Of a stretch of 64,000 nt of DNA, positions 44,690 through 58,504 are shown in pieces. The notes under the pieces were generated by a model that searched no databases, had not been told where the DNA came from, and worked only from the letters and a program-made list of their open reading frames with translations. Every line of letters begins with the position of its first letter. Positions within the stretch are counted from its first letter, which is position 1. The position numbers were made by a program, and so were the translations under genes. The DNA comes from Eledone cirrhosa (Eukaryota), in contig OZ024752.1 in assembly GCA_964016885.1 (NCBI GenBank), forward strand, positions 27,280,001-27,344,000, read 5' to 3'.

Positions 44690-47600
44690 TCAACACAAAC
44701 TGTGGAACTAGTACCAACTTCTTCTATCAACACACAAACTGTGGAACTAGTACCAACTTCGACTATCAACACACAAACTGTGGAACTAGTACCAACTTCG
44801 ACTATCAACACACAAACTGTGGAACTAGTACCAACTTCGTCTATCAACACACAAACTGTGGAACTAGTACCAACTTCGTCTATCAACACACAAACTGTGC
44901 AACTAGTACCAACTTCTTCTATCAACACACAAACTGTGCAACTTGTATCAACTTCGGCTCTCAACACACTAACTGTGGAACTAGTACCAACTTCTTCTAT
45001 CAACACACAAACTGTGGAACTAGTACCAACTTCGACTATCAACACACAAACTGTGGAACTAGTACCAACTTCGGCTATCAACACACAAACTGTGGAACTA
45101 GTACCAACTTCGTCTATCAACACACAAACTGTGCAACTAGTACCAACTTCTTCTATCAACACACAAACTGTGCAACTTGTATCAACTTCGGCTCTCAACA
45201 CACTAACTGTGGAACTAGTACCAACTTCTTCTATCAACACACAAACTGTGCAACTAGTACCAACTTCGGCTATCAACACACAAATTGTGGACCTAGTACC
45301 AACTTCGTCTATCAACACACAAACTGTGGAACTAGTACCAACTTCGACTATCAACACACAAACTGTGGAACTAGTACCGACTTCGGCTATCAACACACAA
45401 ACTGTGGAACTAGTACCAACTTCGACTATCAACACACAAACTGTGGAACTAGTACCAACTTCTTCTATCAACACACAAACTGTGCAACTAGTACCAACTT
45501 CGGCTATCAACACACAAACTGAGGAACTAGTACCAACTACAGCTATCAACACACAATCTCTGGAACTAGTACCAGCTTCGTCTATCAACACACATACCGT
45601 GGAACTAGTACACACTTCGTGTATCAACACACAAACTGTGGAACTAGTACCAACTTCGGCTATCAACACACAAACTGTGGAACTAGTACCAACTTCGGCT
45701 ATCAACACACAAACTGTGGAACTAGTACCAACTTCGGCTATCAACACACGAACTGTGGACCTAGTGCCAACTTCGTCTATCAACACACAAACTGTGGAAC
45801 TAGTACCAACTTCGTCTATCAACACACAAACTGTTGAACTAGTACCAACTTCGTCTATCAACACACAAACTGTGGAACTAGTACCAACTTCTTCTATCAA
45901 CACACAAATTGTGGAACTAGTACCAACTTCGTGTATCAACACAGAAACTGTGGAACTAGTACCAACTTCGTCTATCAACACACAAACTGTGGAACTAGTA
46001 CCAACTTCGTCTATCAACATACAAACTGTGGAACTAGTACCAACTTCGTGTATCAACACACAAACTGTGGAACTAGTACCAACTTCGTCTATCAACACAC
46101 GAACTGTGGAACTAGTACCGACTTCGTCTATCAACACACAAACTGAGGAACTAGTACCAACTACAGCTATCAACACACAATCTCTGGAACTAGTACCAAC
46201 TTCGGCTATCAACACACAAACTGAGGAACTAGTACCAACTACAGCTATCAACACACAATCTCTGGAACTAGTACCAGCTTCGTCTATCAACACACATACC
46301 GTGGAACTAGTACACACTTCGTGTATCAACACACAAACTGTGGAACTAGTACCAACTTCGGCTATCAACACACAAACTGTGGAACTAGTACCAACTTCGG
46401 CTATCAACACACAAACTGTGGAACTAGTACCAACTTCGGCTATCAACACACGAACTGTGGACCTAGTGCCAACTTCGTCTATCAACACACAAACTGTGGA
46501 ACTAGTACCAACTTCGTCTATCAACACACAAACTGTTGAACTAGTACCAACTTCGTCTATCAACACACAAACTGTGGAACTAGTACCAACTTCTTCTATC
46601 AACACACAAATTGTGGAACTAGTACCAACTTCGTGTATCAACACAGAAACTGTGGAACTAGTACCAACTTCGTCTATCAACACACAAACTGTGGAACTAG
46701 TACCAACTTCTTCTATCAACACACAAACTGTGGAACTAGTACCTACTTCGACTATCAACACACAAACTGTGGAACTAGTACCAACTTCGACTATCAACAC
46801 ACAAACTGTGGATCTAGTACCAACTTCGTCTATCAACACACAAACTGTGGAACTAGTACCAACTTCTTTATCAACACACAAACTGTGTAACTAGTACCAA
46901 CTTCGGCTATCAACACACAAACTGTGGAACTAGTACCAACTACAGCTATCAACACACGATCTCTGGAACTAGTACCAGCTTCGTCCATCAACACACAAAC
47001 TGTGGAACTAGTACAAACTTCGTGTATCAACACACAAACTGTGGAACTAGTACCAAGTTCGGCTATCAACACACAAAATGTGGAACTAGTACCAACTTCG
47101 GCTATCAACACACAAACTGTTGAACTAGTACAGACTTCGTCTATCAACACACAAACTGTGGAACTAGTACCGACTTCGGCTATCAACACACAAACTGTGG
47201 AACTAGTCCGGACTTCGACTATCAACACACAAACTGTGGAACTAGTACCAACTTCTTCTATCAACACACACACTGTGGAACTAGTACCAACTTCGACTAT
47301 CAACACACAAACTGAGGAACTAGTACCAACTTCGGCTATCAACACACAATCTCTGGAACTAGTACCAGCTTCGTCTATCAACACACAAACCGTGGAACTC
47401 GTACACACTTCGTGTATCAACACACATACTGTGGAACTAGTACCAACTTCGGCTATCAACACACAAACTACGGAACTAGTACCAACTTCGGCTATCAACA
47501 CACAAACTGTGGAACTAGTACCAACTTCGGCTATCAACACACGAACTGTGGACCTAGTGCCAACTTCGTCTATCAACACACAAACTGTGGTACTAGTACC

Positions 47601-50600
47601 AAATTCGGCTATCAACACACAAACTGTGGAACTAGTACAAACTTCGGCTGTCAACACACAAATTGTAGAACTAGTACCAACTTCGTCTATCAACACACAA
47701 ACTGTGGAACTAGTACCAACTTCGTCTATCAACACACAAACTGTGGAACTAGTACCAACTTCGTCTATCAACACACAAACTGTGGAACTAGTACCAACTT
47801 CTTCTATCAACACACAAATTGTGGAACTAGTACCAACTTCGTGTATTAACACAGAAACTGTGGAACTAGTACCAACTTCGTCTATCAACACACAAACTGT
47901 GGAACTAGTAGCAAATTCGTCTATCAACACACAAACTGTGGAACTAGTACCAACTTCGGCTATCAACAGACAAACTGTGGAACTAGTACAGACTTCGTCT
48001 ATCAACACACAAACTGTGGAACTAGTACCGACTTCGGCTATCAACACACAAACTGTGGAACTAGTACCAACTTCGACTATCAACACAAACTGTGGAACTA
48101 GTACCAACTTCTTCTATCAACACACAAACTGTGGAACTAGTACCAACTTCGACTATCAACACACAAACTGTGGAACTAGTACCAACTTCGTCTATCAACA
48201 CACAAACTGTTGAACTAGTACCAACTTCGTCTATCAACACACAAACTGTGGAACTAGTACCAACTTCTTCTATCAACACACAAATTGTGGAACTAGTACC
48301 AACTTCGTGTATCAACACAGAAACTGTGGAACTAGTACCAACTTCGTCTATCAACACACAAACTGTGGAACTAGTACCAACTTCTTCTATCAACACACAA
48401 ACTGTGGAACTAGTACCTACTTCGACTATCAACACACAAACTGTGGAACTAGTACCAACTTCGACTATCAACACACAAACTGTGGATCTAGTACCAACTT
48501 CGTCTATCAACACAAAAACTGTGGAACTAGTACCAACTTCTTTATCAACACACAAACTGTGTAACTAGTACCAACTTCGGCTATCAACACACAAACTGTG
48601 GAACTAGTACCAACTACAGCTATCAACACACAATCTCTGGAACTAGTACCAGCTTCGTCCATCAACACACAAACTGTGGAACTAGTACAAACTTCGTGTA
48701 TCAACACACAAACTGTGGAACTAGTACCAACTTCGGCTATCAACACACAAAATGTGGAACTAGTACCAACTTCGGCTATCAACACACAAACTGTGGAACT
48801 AGTACAGACTTCGTCTATCAACACACAAACTGTGGAACTAGTACCGACTTCGGCTATCAACACACAAACTGTGGAACTAGTCCCGACTTCGACTATCAAC
48901 ACACAAACTGTGGAACTAGTACCAACTTCTTCTATCAACACACACACTGTGGAACTAGTACCAACTTCGACTATCAACACACAAACTGAGGAACTAGTAC
49001 AAACTTCGGCTGTCAACACACAAATTGTAGAACTAGTACCAACTTCGTGTATCAACACAGAAACTGTGGAACTAGTACCAACTTCGTCTATGAACACACA
49101 AACTGTGGAACTAGTACCAACTTCGTCTATCAACACACAAACTGTGGAACTAGTACCAACTTCTTCTATCAACACACAAATTGTGGAACTAGTACCAACT
49201 TCGTGTATTAACACAGAAACTGTGTAACTAGTACCAACTTCGTCTATCAACACACAAACTGTGGAACTAGTAGCAAATTCGTCTATCAACACACAAACTG
49301 TGGAACTAGTACCAACTTCGGCTATCAACAGACAAACTGTGGAACTAGTACAGACTTCGTCTATCAACACACAAACTGTGGAACTAGTACCGACTTCGGC
49401 TATCAACACACAAACTGTGGAACTAGTACCAACTTCGACTATCAACACAAACTGTGGAACTAGTACCAACTTCTTCTATCAACACACAAACTGTGGAACT
49501 AGTACCAACTTCGACTATCAACACACAAACTGTGGAACTAGTACCAACTTCGACTATCAACACACAAACTGTGGAACTAGTACCAACTTCGTCTATCAAC
49601 ACACAAACTGTGGAACTAGTACCAACTTCGTCTATCAACACACAAACTGTGCAACTAGTACCAACTTCTTCTATCAACACACAAACTGTGCAACTTGTAT
49701 CAACTTCGGCTCTCAACACACTAACTGTGGAACTAGTACCAACTTCTTCTATCAACACACAAACTGTGGAACTAGTACCAACTTCGACTATCAACACACA
49801 AACTGTGGAACTAGTACCAACTTCGGCTATCAACACACAAACTGTGGAACTAGTACCAACTTCGTCTATCAACACACAAACTGTGCAACTAGTACCAACT
49901 TCTTCTATCAACACACAAACTGTGCAACTTGTATCAACTTCGGCTCTCAACACACTAACTGTGGAACTAGTACCAACTTCTTCTATCAACACACAAACTG
50001 TGCAACTAGTACCAACTTCGGCTATCAACACACAAATTGTGGACCTAGTACCAACTTCGTCTATCAACACACAAACTGTGGAACTAGTACCAACTTCGAC
50101 TATCAACACACAAACTGTGGAACTAGTACCGACTTCGGCTATCAACACACAAACTGTGGAACTAGTACCAACTTCGACTATCAACACACAAACTGTGGAA
50201 CTAGTACCAACTTCTTCTATCAACACACAAACTGTGCAACTAGTACCAACTTCGGCTATCAACACACAAACTGAGGAACTAGTACCAACTACAGCTATCA
50301 ACACACAATCTCTGGAACTAGTACCAGCTTCGTCTATCAACACACATACCGTGGAACTAGTACACACTTCGTGTATCAACACACAAACTGTGGAACTAGT
50401 ACCAACTTCGGCTATCAACACACAAACTGTGGAACTAGTACCAACTTCGGCTATCAACACACAAACTGTGGAACTAGTACCAACTTCGGCTATCAACACA
50501 CGAACTGTTGACCTAGTGCCAACTTCGTCTATCAACACACAAACTGTGGAACTAGTACCAACTTCGTCTATCAACACACAAACTGTTGAACTAGTACCAA

Positions 50601-50870
50601 CTTCGTCTATCAACACACAAACTGTGGAACTAGTACCAACTTCTTCTATCAACACACAAATTGTGGAACTAGTACCAACTTCGTGTATCAACACAGAAAC
50701 TGTGGAACTAGTACCAACTTCGTCTATCAACACACAAACTGTGGAACTAGTACCAACTTCGTCTATCAACATACAAACTGTGGAACTAGTACCAACTTCG
50801 TGTATCAACACACAAACTGTGGAACTAGTACCAACTTCGTCTATCAACACACGAACTGTGGAACTAGTAT
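44690..50870 (+). repeat. Duplication at offset 4,752 bp (~44,690-46,120 and ~49,440-50,870)
   Basis: ORFs 44702/49454 and 44671/49423 have matching translations for over 400 aa. Both start at the same 2-bp-deleted monomer and share CTGTTGAAC and AACATAC variants. Confidence 0.88.
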
Positions 50871-53800
50871 CGACTTCGTCTATCAACACACAAACTGTGG
50901 AACTAGTACCAACTTCTTCTATCAACACACAAACTGTGGAACTAGTACCTACTTCGACTATCAACACACAAACTGTGGAACTAGTACCAACTTCGACTAT
51001 CAACACACAAAGTGTGGATCTAGTACCAACTTCGTCTATCAACACACAAACTGTGGAACTAGTACCAACTTCTTTATCAACACACAAACTGTGTAACTAG
51101 TACCAACTTCGGCTATCAACACACAAACTGTGGAACTAGTACCAACTACAGCTATCAACACACAATCTCTGGAACTAGTACCAGCTTCGTCCATCAACAC
51201 ACAAACTGTGGAACTAGTACAAACTTAGTGTATCAACACACAAACTGTGGAACTAGTACCAACTTCGGCTATCAACACACAAAATGTGGAACTAGTACCA
51301 ACTTCGGCTATCAACACACAAACTGTGGAACTAGTACCGACTTCGTCTATCAACACACAAACTGTGGAACTAGTACCGACTTCGGCTATCAACACACAAA
51401 CTGTGGAACTAGTCCCGACTTCGACTATCAACACACAAACTGTGGAACTAGTACCAACTTCTTCTATCAACACACACACTGTGGAACTAGTACCAACTTC
51501 GACTATCAACACACAAACTGAGGAACTAGTACCAACTTCGGCTATCAACACACAATCTCTGGAACTAGTACCAGCTTCGTCTATCAACACACAAACAGTG
51601 GAACTCGTACACACTTCGTGTATCAACACACATACTGTGGAACTAGTACCAACTTCGGCTATCAACACACAAACTATGGAACTAGTACCAACTTCGGCTA
51701 TCAACACACAAACTGTGGAACTAGTACCAACTTCGGCTATCAACACACGAACTGTGGACCTAGTGCCAACTTCGTCTATCAACACACAAACTGTGGATCT
51801 AGTACCAAATTCGGCTATCAACACACAAACTGTGGAACAAGTACAAACTTCGGCTGTCAACACACAAATTGTAGAACTAGTACCAACTTCGTGTATCAAC
51901 ACAGAAACTGTGGAACTAGTACCAACTTCGTCTATCAACACACAAACTGTGGAACTAGTACCAACTTCGGCTATCAACACACAAACTGTGGAACTAGTAC
52001 AGACTTCGTCTATCAACACACAAACTGTGGAACTAGTACCGACTTCGGCTATCAACACACAAACTGTGGAACTAGTACCAACTTCGACTATCAACACACA
52101 AACTGTGGAACTAGTACCAACTTCTTCTATCAACACACAAACTGTGGAACTAGTACCAACTTCGACTATCAACACACAAACTGTGGAACTAGTACCAACT
52201 TCGACTATCAACACACAAACTGTGGAACTAGTACCAACTTCGTCTATCAACACACAAACTGTGGAACTAGTACCAACTTCGTCTATCAACACAAACTGTG
52301 CAACTAGTACCAACTTCTTCTATCAACACACAAACTGTGCAACTTGTATCAACTTCGGCTCTCAACGCACTAACTGTGGAACTAGTACGAACTTCTTCTA
52401 TCAACACACAAACTGTGGAACTAGTACCAACTTCGACTATCAACACACAAACTGTGGAACTAGTACCAACTTCGGCTATCAACACACAAACTGTGGAACT
52501 AGTACCAACTTCGTCTATCAACACACAAACTGTGCAACTAGTACCAACTTCTTCTATCAACACACAAACTGTGCAACTAGTACCAACTTCGGCTATCAAC
52601 ACACAAACTGAGGAACTAGTACCAACTACAGCTATCAACACACAATCTCTGGAACTAGTACCAGCTTCGTCTATCAACACACATACCGTGGAACTAGTAC
52701 ACACTTCGTGTATCAACACACAAACTGTGGAACTAGTACCAACTTCGGCTATCAACACACAAACTGTGGAACTAGTACCAACTTCGGCTATCAACACACG
52801 AACTGTGGAACTAGTACCAACTTCGTCTATCAACACACAAACTGTGGAACTAGTACCAACTTCTTCTATCAACACACAAATTGTGGAACTAGTACCAACT
52901 TCGTGTATCAACACAGAAACTGTGGAACTAGTACCAACTTCATCTATCAACACACAAACTGTGGAACTAGTACCAACTTCGTCTATCAACACACACACTG
53001 TGGAACTAGTACCAACTTCGTGTATCAACACAGAAATTGTGGAACTAGTACCAACTTCGTCTATCAACACACGAACTGTGGAACTAGTACCGACTTCGTC
53101 TATCAACACACAAACTGTGGAACTAGTACCAACTTCTTCTATCAACACACAAACTGTGGAACTAGTACCTACTTCGACTATCAACACACAAACTGTGGAA
53201 CTAGTACCAACTACAGCTATCAACACACAATCTCAGGAACTAGTACCAGCTTCGTCTATCAACACACAAACTGTGGAACTAGTACAAACTTCGTGTATCA
53301 ACACACAAACTGTGGAACTAGTACCAACTTCGGCTACCAACACACAAAATGTGGAACTAGTACCAACTTCGGCTAACAACACACAAACTGTGGAACTAAT
53401 ACAGACTTCGTCTATCAACACACAAACTGTGGAACTAGTACCGACTTCGGCTATCAACACACAAACTGTGGAACTAGTCCCGACTTCTACTATCAACACA
53501 CAAACTGTGGAACTAGTACCAACTTCTTCTATCAACACACACACTGAGGAACTAGTACCAACTTCGGCTATCAACACACAATCTCTGGAACTAGTACCAG
53601 CTTCGTCTATCAACACACAAACCGTGGAACTCGTACACACTTCGTGTTTCAACACACAAACCTTGGAACTAGTACCAACTTCGGCTATCAACACACAAAC
53701 TGTGGAACTAGTACCAACTTCGGCTATCAACACACAAACTGTGGAACTAGTACCAACTTCGGCTATCAACACACGAACTGTGGACCTAGTGCCAACTTCG

Positions 53801-56800
53801 TCTATCAACACACAAACTGTGGAACTAGTACCAAATTCGGCTATCAACACACAAACTGTGGAACTAGTACAAACTTCGGCTGTCAACACACAAATTGTAG
53901 AACTAGTACCAACTTCGTGTATCAACACAGAAACTGTGGAACTAGTACCAACTTCGTCTATCAACACACAAACTGTGGAACTAGTACCAACTTCGTCTAT
54001 CAACACACAAACTGTGGAACTAGTACCAACTTCTTCTATCAACACACAAATTGTGGAACTAGTACCAACTTCGTGTATCAACACAGAAACTGTGGAACTA
54101 GTACCAACTTCGTCTATCAACACACAAACTGTGGAACTAGTACCAACTTCGTCTATCAACATACAAACTGTGGAACTAGTACCAACTTCGTGTATCAACA
54201 CACAAACTGTGGAACTAGTACCAACTTCGTCTATCAACACACGAACTGTGGAACTAGTACCGACTTCGTCTATCAACACACAAACTGTGGAACTAGTACC
54301 AACTTCTTCTATCAACACACAAACTGTGGAACTAGTACCTACTTCGACTATCAACACACAAACTGTGGAACTAGTACCAACTTCGACTATCAACACACAA
54401 ACTGTGGATCTAGTACCAACTTCGTCTATCAACACACAAACTGTGGAACTAGTACCAACTTCTTTATCAACACACAAACTGTGTAACTAGTACCAACTTC
54501 GGCTATCAACACACAAACTGTGGAACTAGTACCAACTACAGCTATCAACACACAATCTCTGGAACTAGTACCAGCTTCGTCCATCAACACACAAACTGTG
54601 GAACTAGTACAAACTTCGTGTATCAACACACAAACTGTGGAACTAGTACCAACTTCGGCTATCAACACACAAAATGTGGAACTAGTACCAACTTCGGCTA
54701 TCAACACACAAACTGTGGAACTAGTACAGACTTCGTCTATCAACACACAAACTGTGGAACTAGTACCGACTTCGGCTATCAACACACAAACTGTGGAACT
54801 AGTACCAACTTCTTCTATCAACACACACACTGTGGAACTAGTACCAACTTCGACTATCAACACACAAACTGAGGAACTAGTACCAACTTCGGCTATCAAC
54901 ACACAATCTCTGGAACTAGTACCAGCTTCGTCTATCAACACACAAACCGTGGAACTCGTACACACTTCGTGTATCAACACACAAACAGTGGAACTAGTAC
55001 CAACTTCGGCTATCAACACACAAACTATGGAACTAGTACCAACTTCGGCTATCAACACACAAACTGTGGAACTAGTACCAACTTCGGCTATCAACACACG
55101 AACTGTGGACCTAGTGCCAACTTCGTCTATCAACACACAAACTGTGGAACTAGTACCAAATTCGGCTATCAACACACAAACTGTGGAACTAGTACAAACT
55201 TCGGCTGTCAACACACAAATTGTGGAACTAGTACCAACTTCTTCTATCAACACACAAATTGTGGAACTAGTACCAACTTCGTGTATTAACACAGAAACTG
55301 TGGAACTAGTACTAACTTCGTCTATCAACACACAAACTGTGGAACTAGTAGCAAATTCGTCTATCAACACACAAACTGTGGAACTAGTACCAACTTCGGC
55401 TATCAACACACAAACTGTGGAACTAGTACAGACTTCGTCTATCAACACACAAACTGTGGAACTAGTACCGACTTCGGCTATCAACACACAAACTGTGGAA
55501 CTAGTACCAACTTCGACTATCAACACACAAACTGTGGAAATAGTACCAACTTCTTCTATCAACACACAAACTGTGGAACTAGTACCAACTTCGACTATCA
55601 ACACACAAACTGTGGAACTAGTACCAACTTCGACTATCAACACACAAACTGTGGAACTAGTACCAACTTCGTCTATCAACACACAAACTGTGGAACTAGT
55701 ACCAACTTCGTCTATCAACACACAAACTGTGCAACTAGTACCAACTTCTTCTATCAACACACAAACTGTGCAACTTGTATCAACTTCGGTTCTCAACACA
55801 CTAACTGTGGAACTAGTACCAACTTCTTCTATCAACACACAAACTGTGGAACTAGTACCAACTTCGACTATCAACACACAAACTGTGGAACTAGTACCAA
55901 CTTCGGCTATCAACACACAAACTGTGGAACTAGTACCAACTTCGTCTATCAACACACAAACTGTGCAACTAGTACCAACTTCTTCTATCAACACACAAAC
56001 TGTGCAACTTGTATCAACTTCGGCTCTCAACACACTAACTGTGGAACTAGTACCAACTTCTTCTATCAACACACAAACTGTGCAACTAGTACCAACTTCG
56101 GCTATCAACACACAAATTGTGGACCTAGTACCAACTTCGTCTATCAACACACAAACTGTGGAACTAGTACCAACTTCGACTATCAACACACAAACTGTGG
56201 AACTAGTACCGACTTCGGCTATCAACACACAAACTGTGGAACTAGTACCAACTTCGACTATCAACACACAAACTGTGGAACTAGTACCAACTTCTTCTAT
56301 CAACACACAAAGTGTGCAACTAGTACCAACTTCGGCTATCAACACACAAACTGAGGAACTAGTACCAACTACAGCTATCAACACACAATCTCTGGAACTA
56401 GTACCAGCTTCGTCTATCAACACACATACCGTGGAACTAGTACACACTTCGTGTATCAACACACAAACTGTGGAACTAGTACCAACTTCGGCTATCAACA
56501 CACAAACTGTGGAACTAGTACCAACTTCGGCTATCAACACACAAACTGTGGAACTAGTACCAACTTCGGCTATCAACACACAATCTCTGGAACTAGTACC
56601 AGCTTCGTCTATCAACACACAAACCGTGGAACTCGTACACACTTCGTGTATCAACACACAAACAGTGGAACTAGTACCAACTTCGGCTATCAACACACAA
56701 ACTATGGAAGTAGTACCAACTTCGGCTATCAACACACAAACTGTGGAACTAGTACCAACTTCGGCTATCAACACACGAACTGTGGACCTATTGCCAACTT

Positions 56801-58504
56801 CGTCTATCAACACACAAACTGTGGAACTAGTACCAAATTCGGCTATCAACACACAAACTGTGGAACTAGTACAAACTTCGGCTGTCAACACACAAATTGT
56901 AGAACTAGTACCAACTTCGTGTATCAACACAGAAACTGTGGAACTAGTACCAACTTCGTCTATCAACACACAAACTGTGGAACTAGTACCAACTTCGTCT
57001 ATCAACACACAAACTGTGGAACTAGTACAGACTTCGTCTATCAACACACAAACTGTGGAACTAGTACCGACTTCGGCTATCAACACACAAACTGTGGAAC
57101 TAGTACCGACTTCGGCTATCAACACACAAACTGTGGAACTAGTACCAACTTCGGCTATCAACACACGAACTGTGGACCTAGTGCCAACTTCGTCTATCAA
57201 CACACAAACTGTGGAACTAGTACCAACTTCGTCTATCAACACACAAACTGTGGAACTAGTACCAACTTCGTCTATCAACACACAAACTGTGGAACTAGTA
57301 CCAACTTCGACTATCAACACACAAACTGTGGAACTAGTACCAACTTCGTCTATCAACACACAAACTGTGGAACTAGTACCAACTTCGTCTATCAACACAC
57401 ACACTGTGGAACTAGTACCAACTTCGTGTATCAACACAGAAACTGTGGAACTAGTACCAACTTCGTCTATCAACACACGAACTGTGGAACTAGTACCGAC
57501 TTCGTCTATCAACACACAAACTGTGGAACTAGTACTAACTTCTTCTATCAACACACAAACTGTGGAACTAGTACCTACTTCGACTATCAACACACAAACT
57601 GTGGAACTAGTACCAACTACAGCTATCAACACACAATCTCTGGAACTAGTACCAGCTTCGTCTATCAACACACAAACTGTGGAACTAGTACAAACTTCGT
57701 GTATCAACACACAAACTGTGGAACTAGTACCAACTTCGGCTATCAACACACAAAATGTGGAACTAGTACCAACTTCGGCTATCAACACACAAACTGTGGA
57801 ACTAATACAGACTTCGTCTATCAACACACAAACTGTGGAACTAGTACCGACTTCGGCTGTCAACATACAAACTGTGGAACTAGTCCCGACTTCGACTATC
57901 AACACACAAACTGTGGAACTAGTACCAACTTCTTCTATCAACACACACACTGTGGAACTAGTACCAACTTCGAATATCAACACACAAACTGAGGAACTAG
58001 TACCAACTTCGGCTATCAACACACAATCTCTGGAACTAGTACCAGCTTCGTCTATCAACACACAAACCGTGGAACTCGTACACACTTCGTGTTTCAACAC
58101 ACAAACTGTGGAACTAGTACCAACTTCGGCTATCAACACACGAACTGTGGACCTAGTGCCAACTTCGTCTATCAACACACAAACTGTGGAACTAGTACCA
58201 AATTCGGCTATCAACACACAAACTGTGGTACTAGTACAAACTTCGGCTGTCAACACACAAATTGTAGAACTAGTACCAACTTCGTGTATCAACACAGAAA
58301 CTGTGGAACTAGTACCAGCTTCGTCTATCAACACACAAACTGTGGAACTAGTACCAACTTCGTCTATCAACACACAAACTGTGGAACTAGTACCAACTTC
58401 TTCTATCAACACACAAATTGTGGAACTAGTACCAACTTCGTGTATCAACACAGAAACTGTGGAACTAGTACCAACTTCGTCTATCAACACACAAACTGTG
58501 GAAC

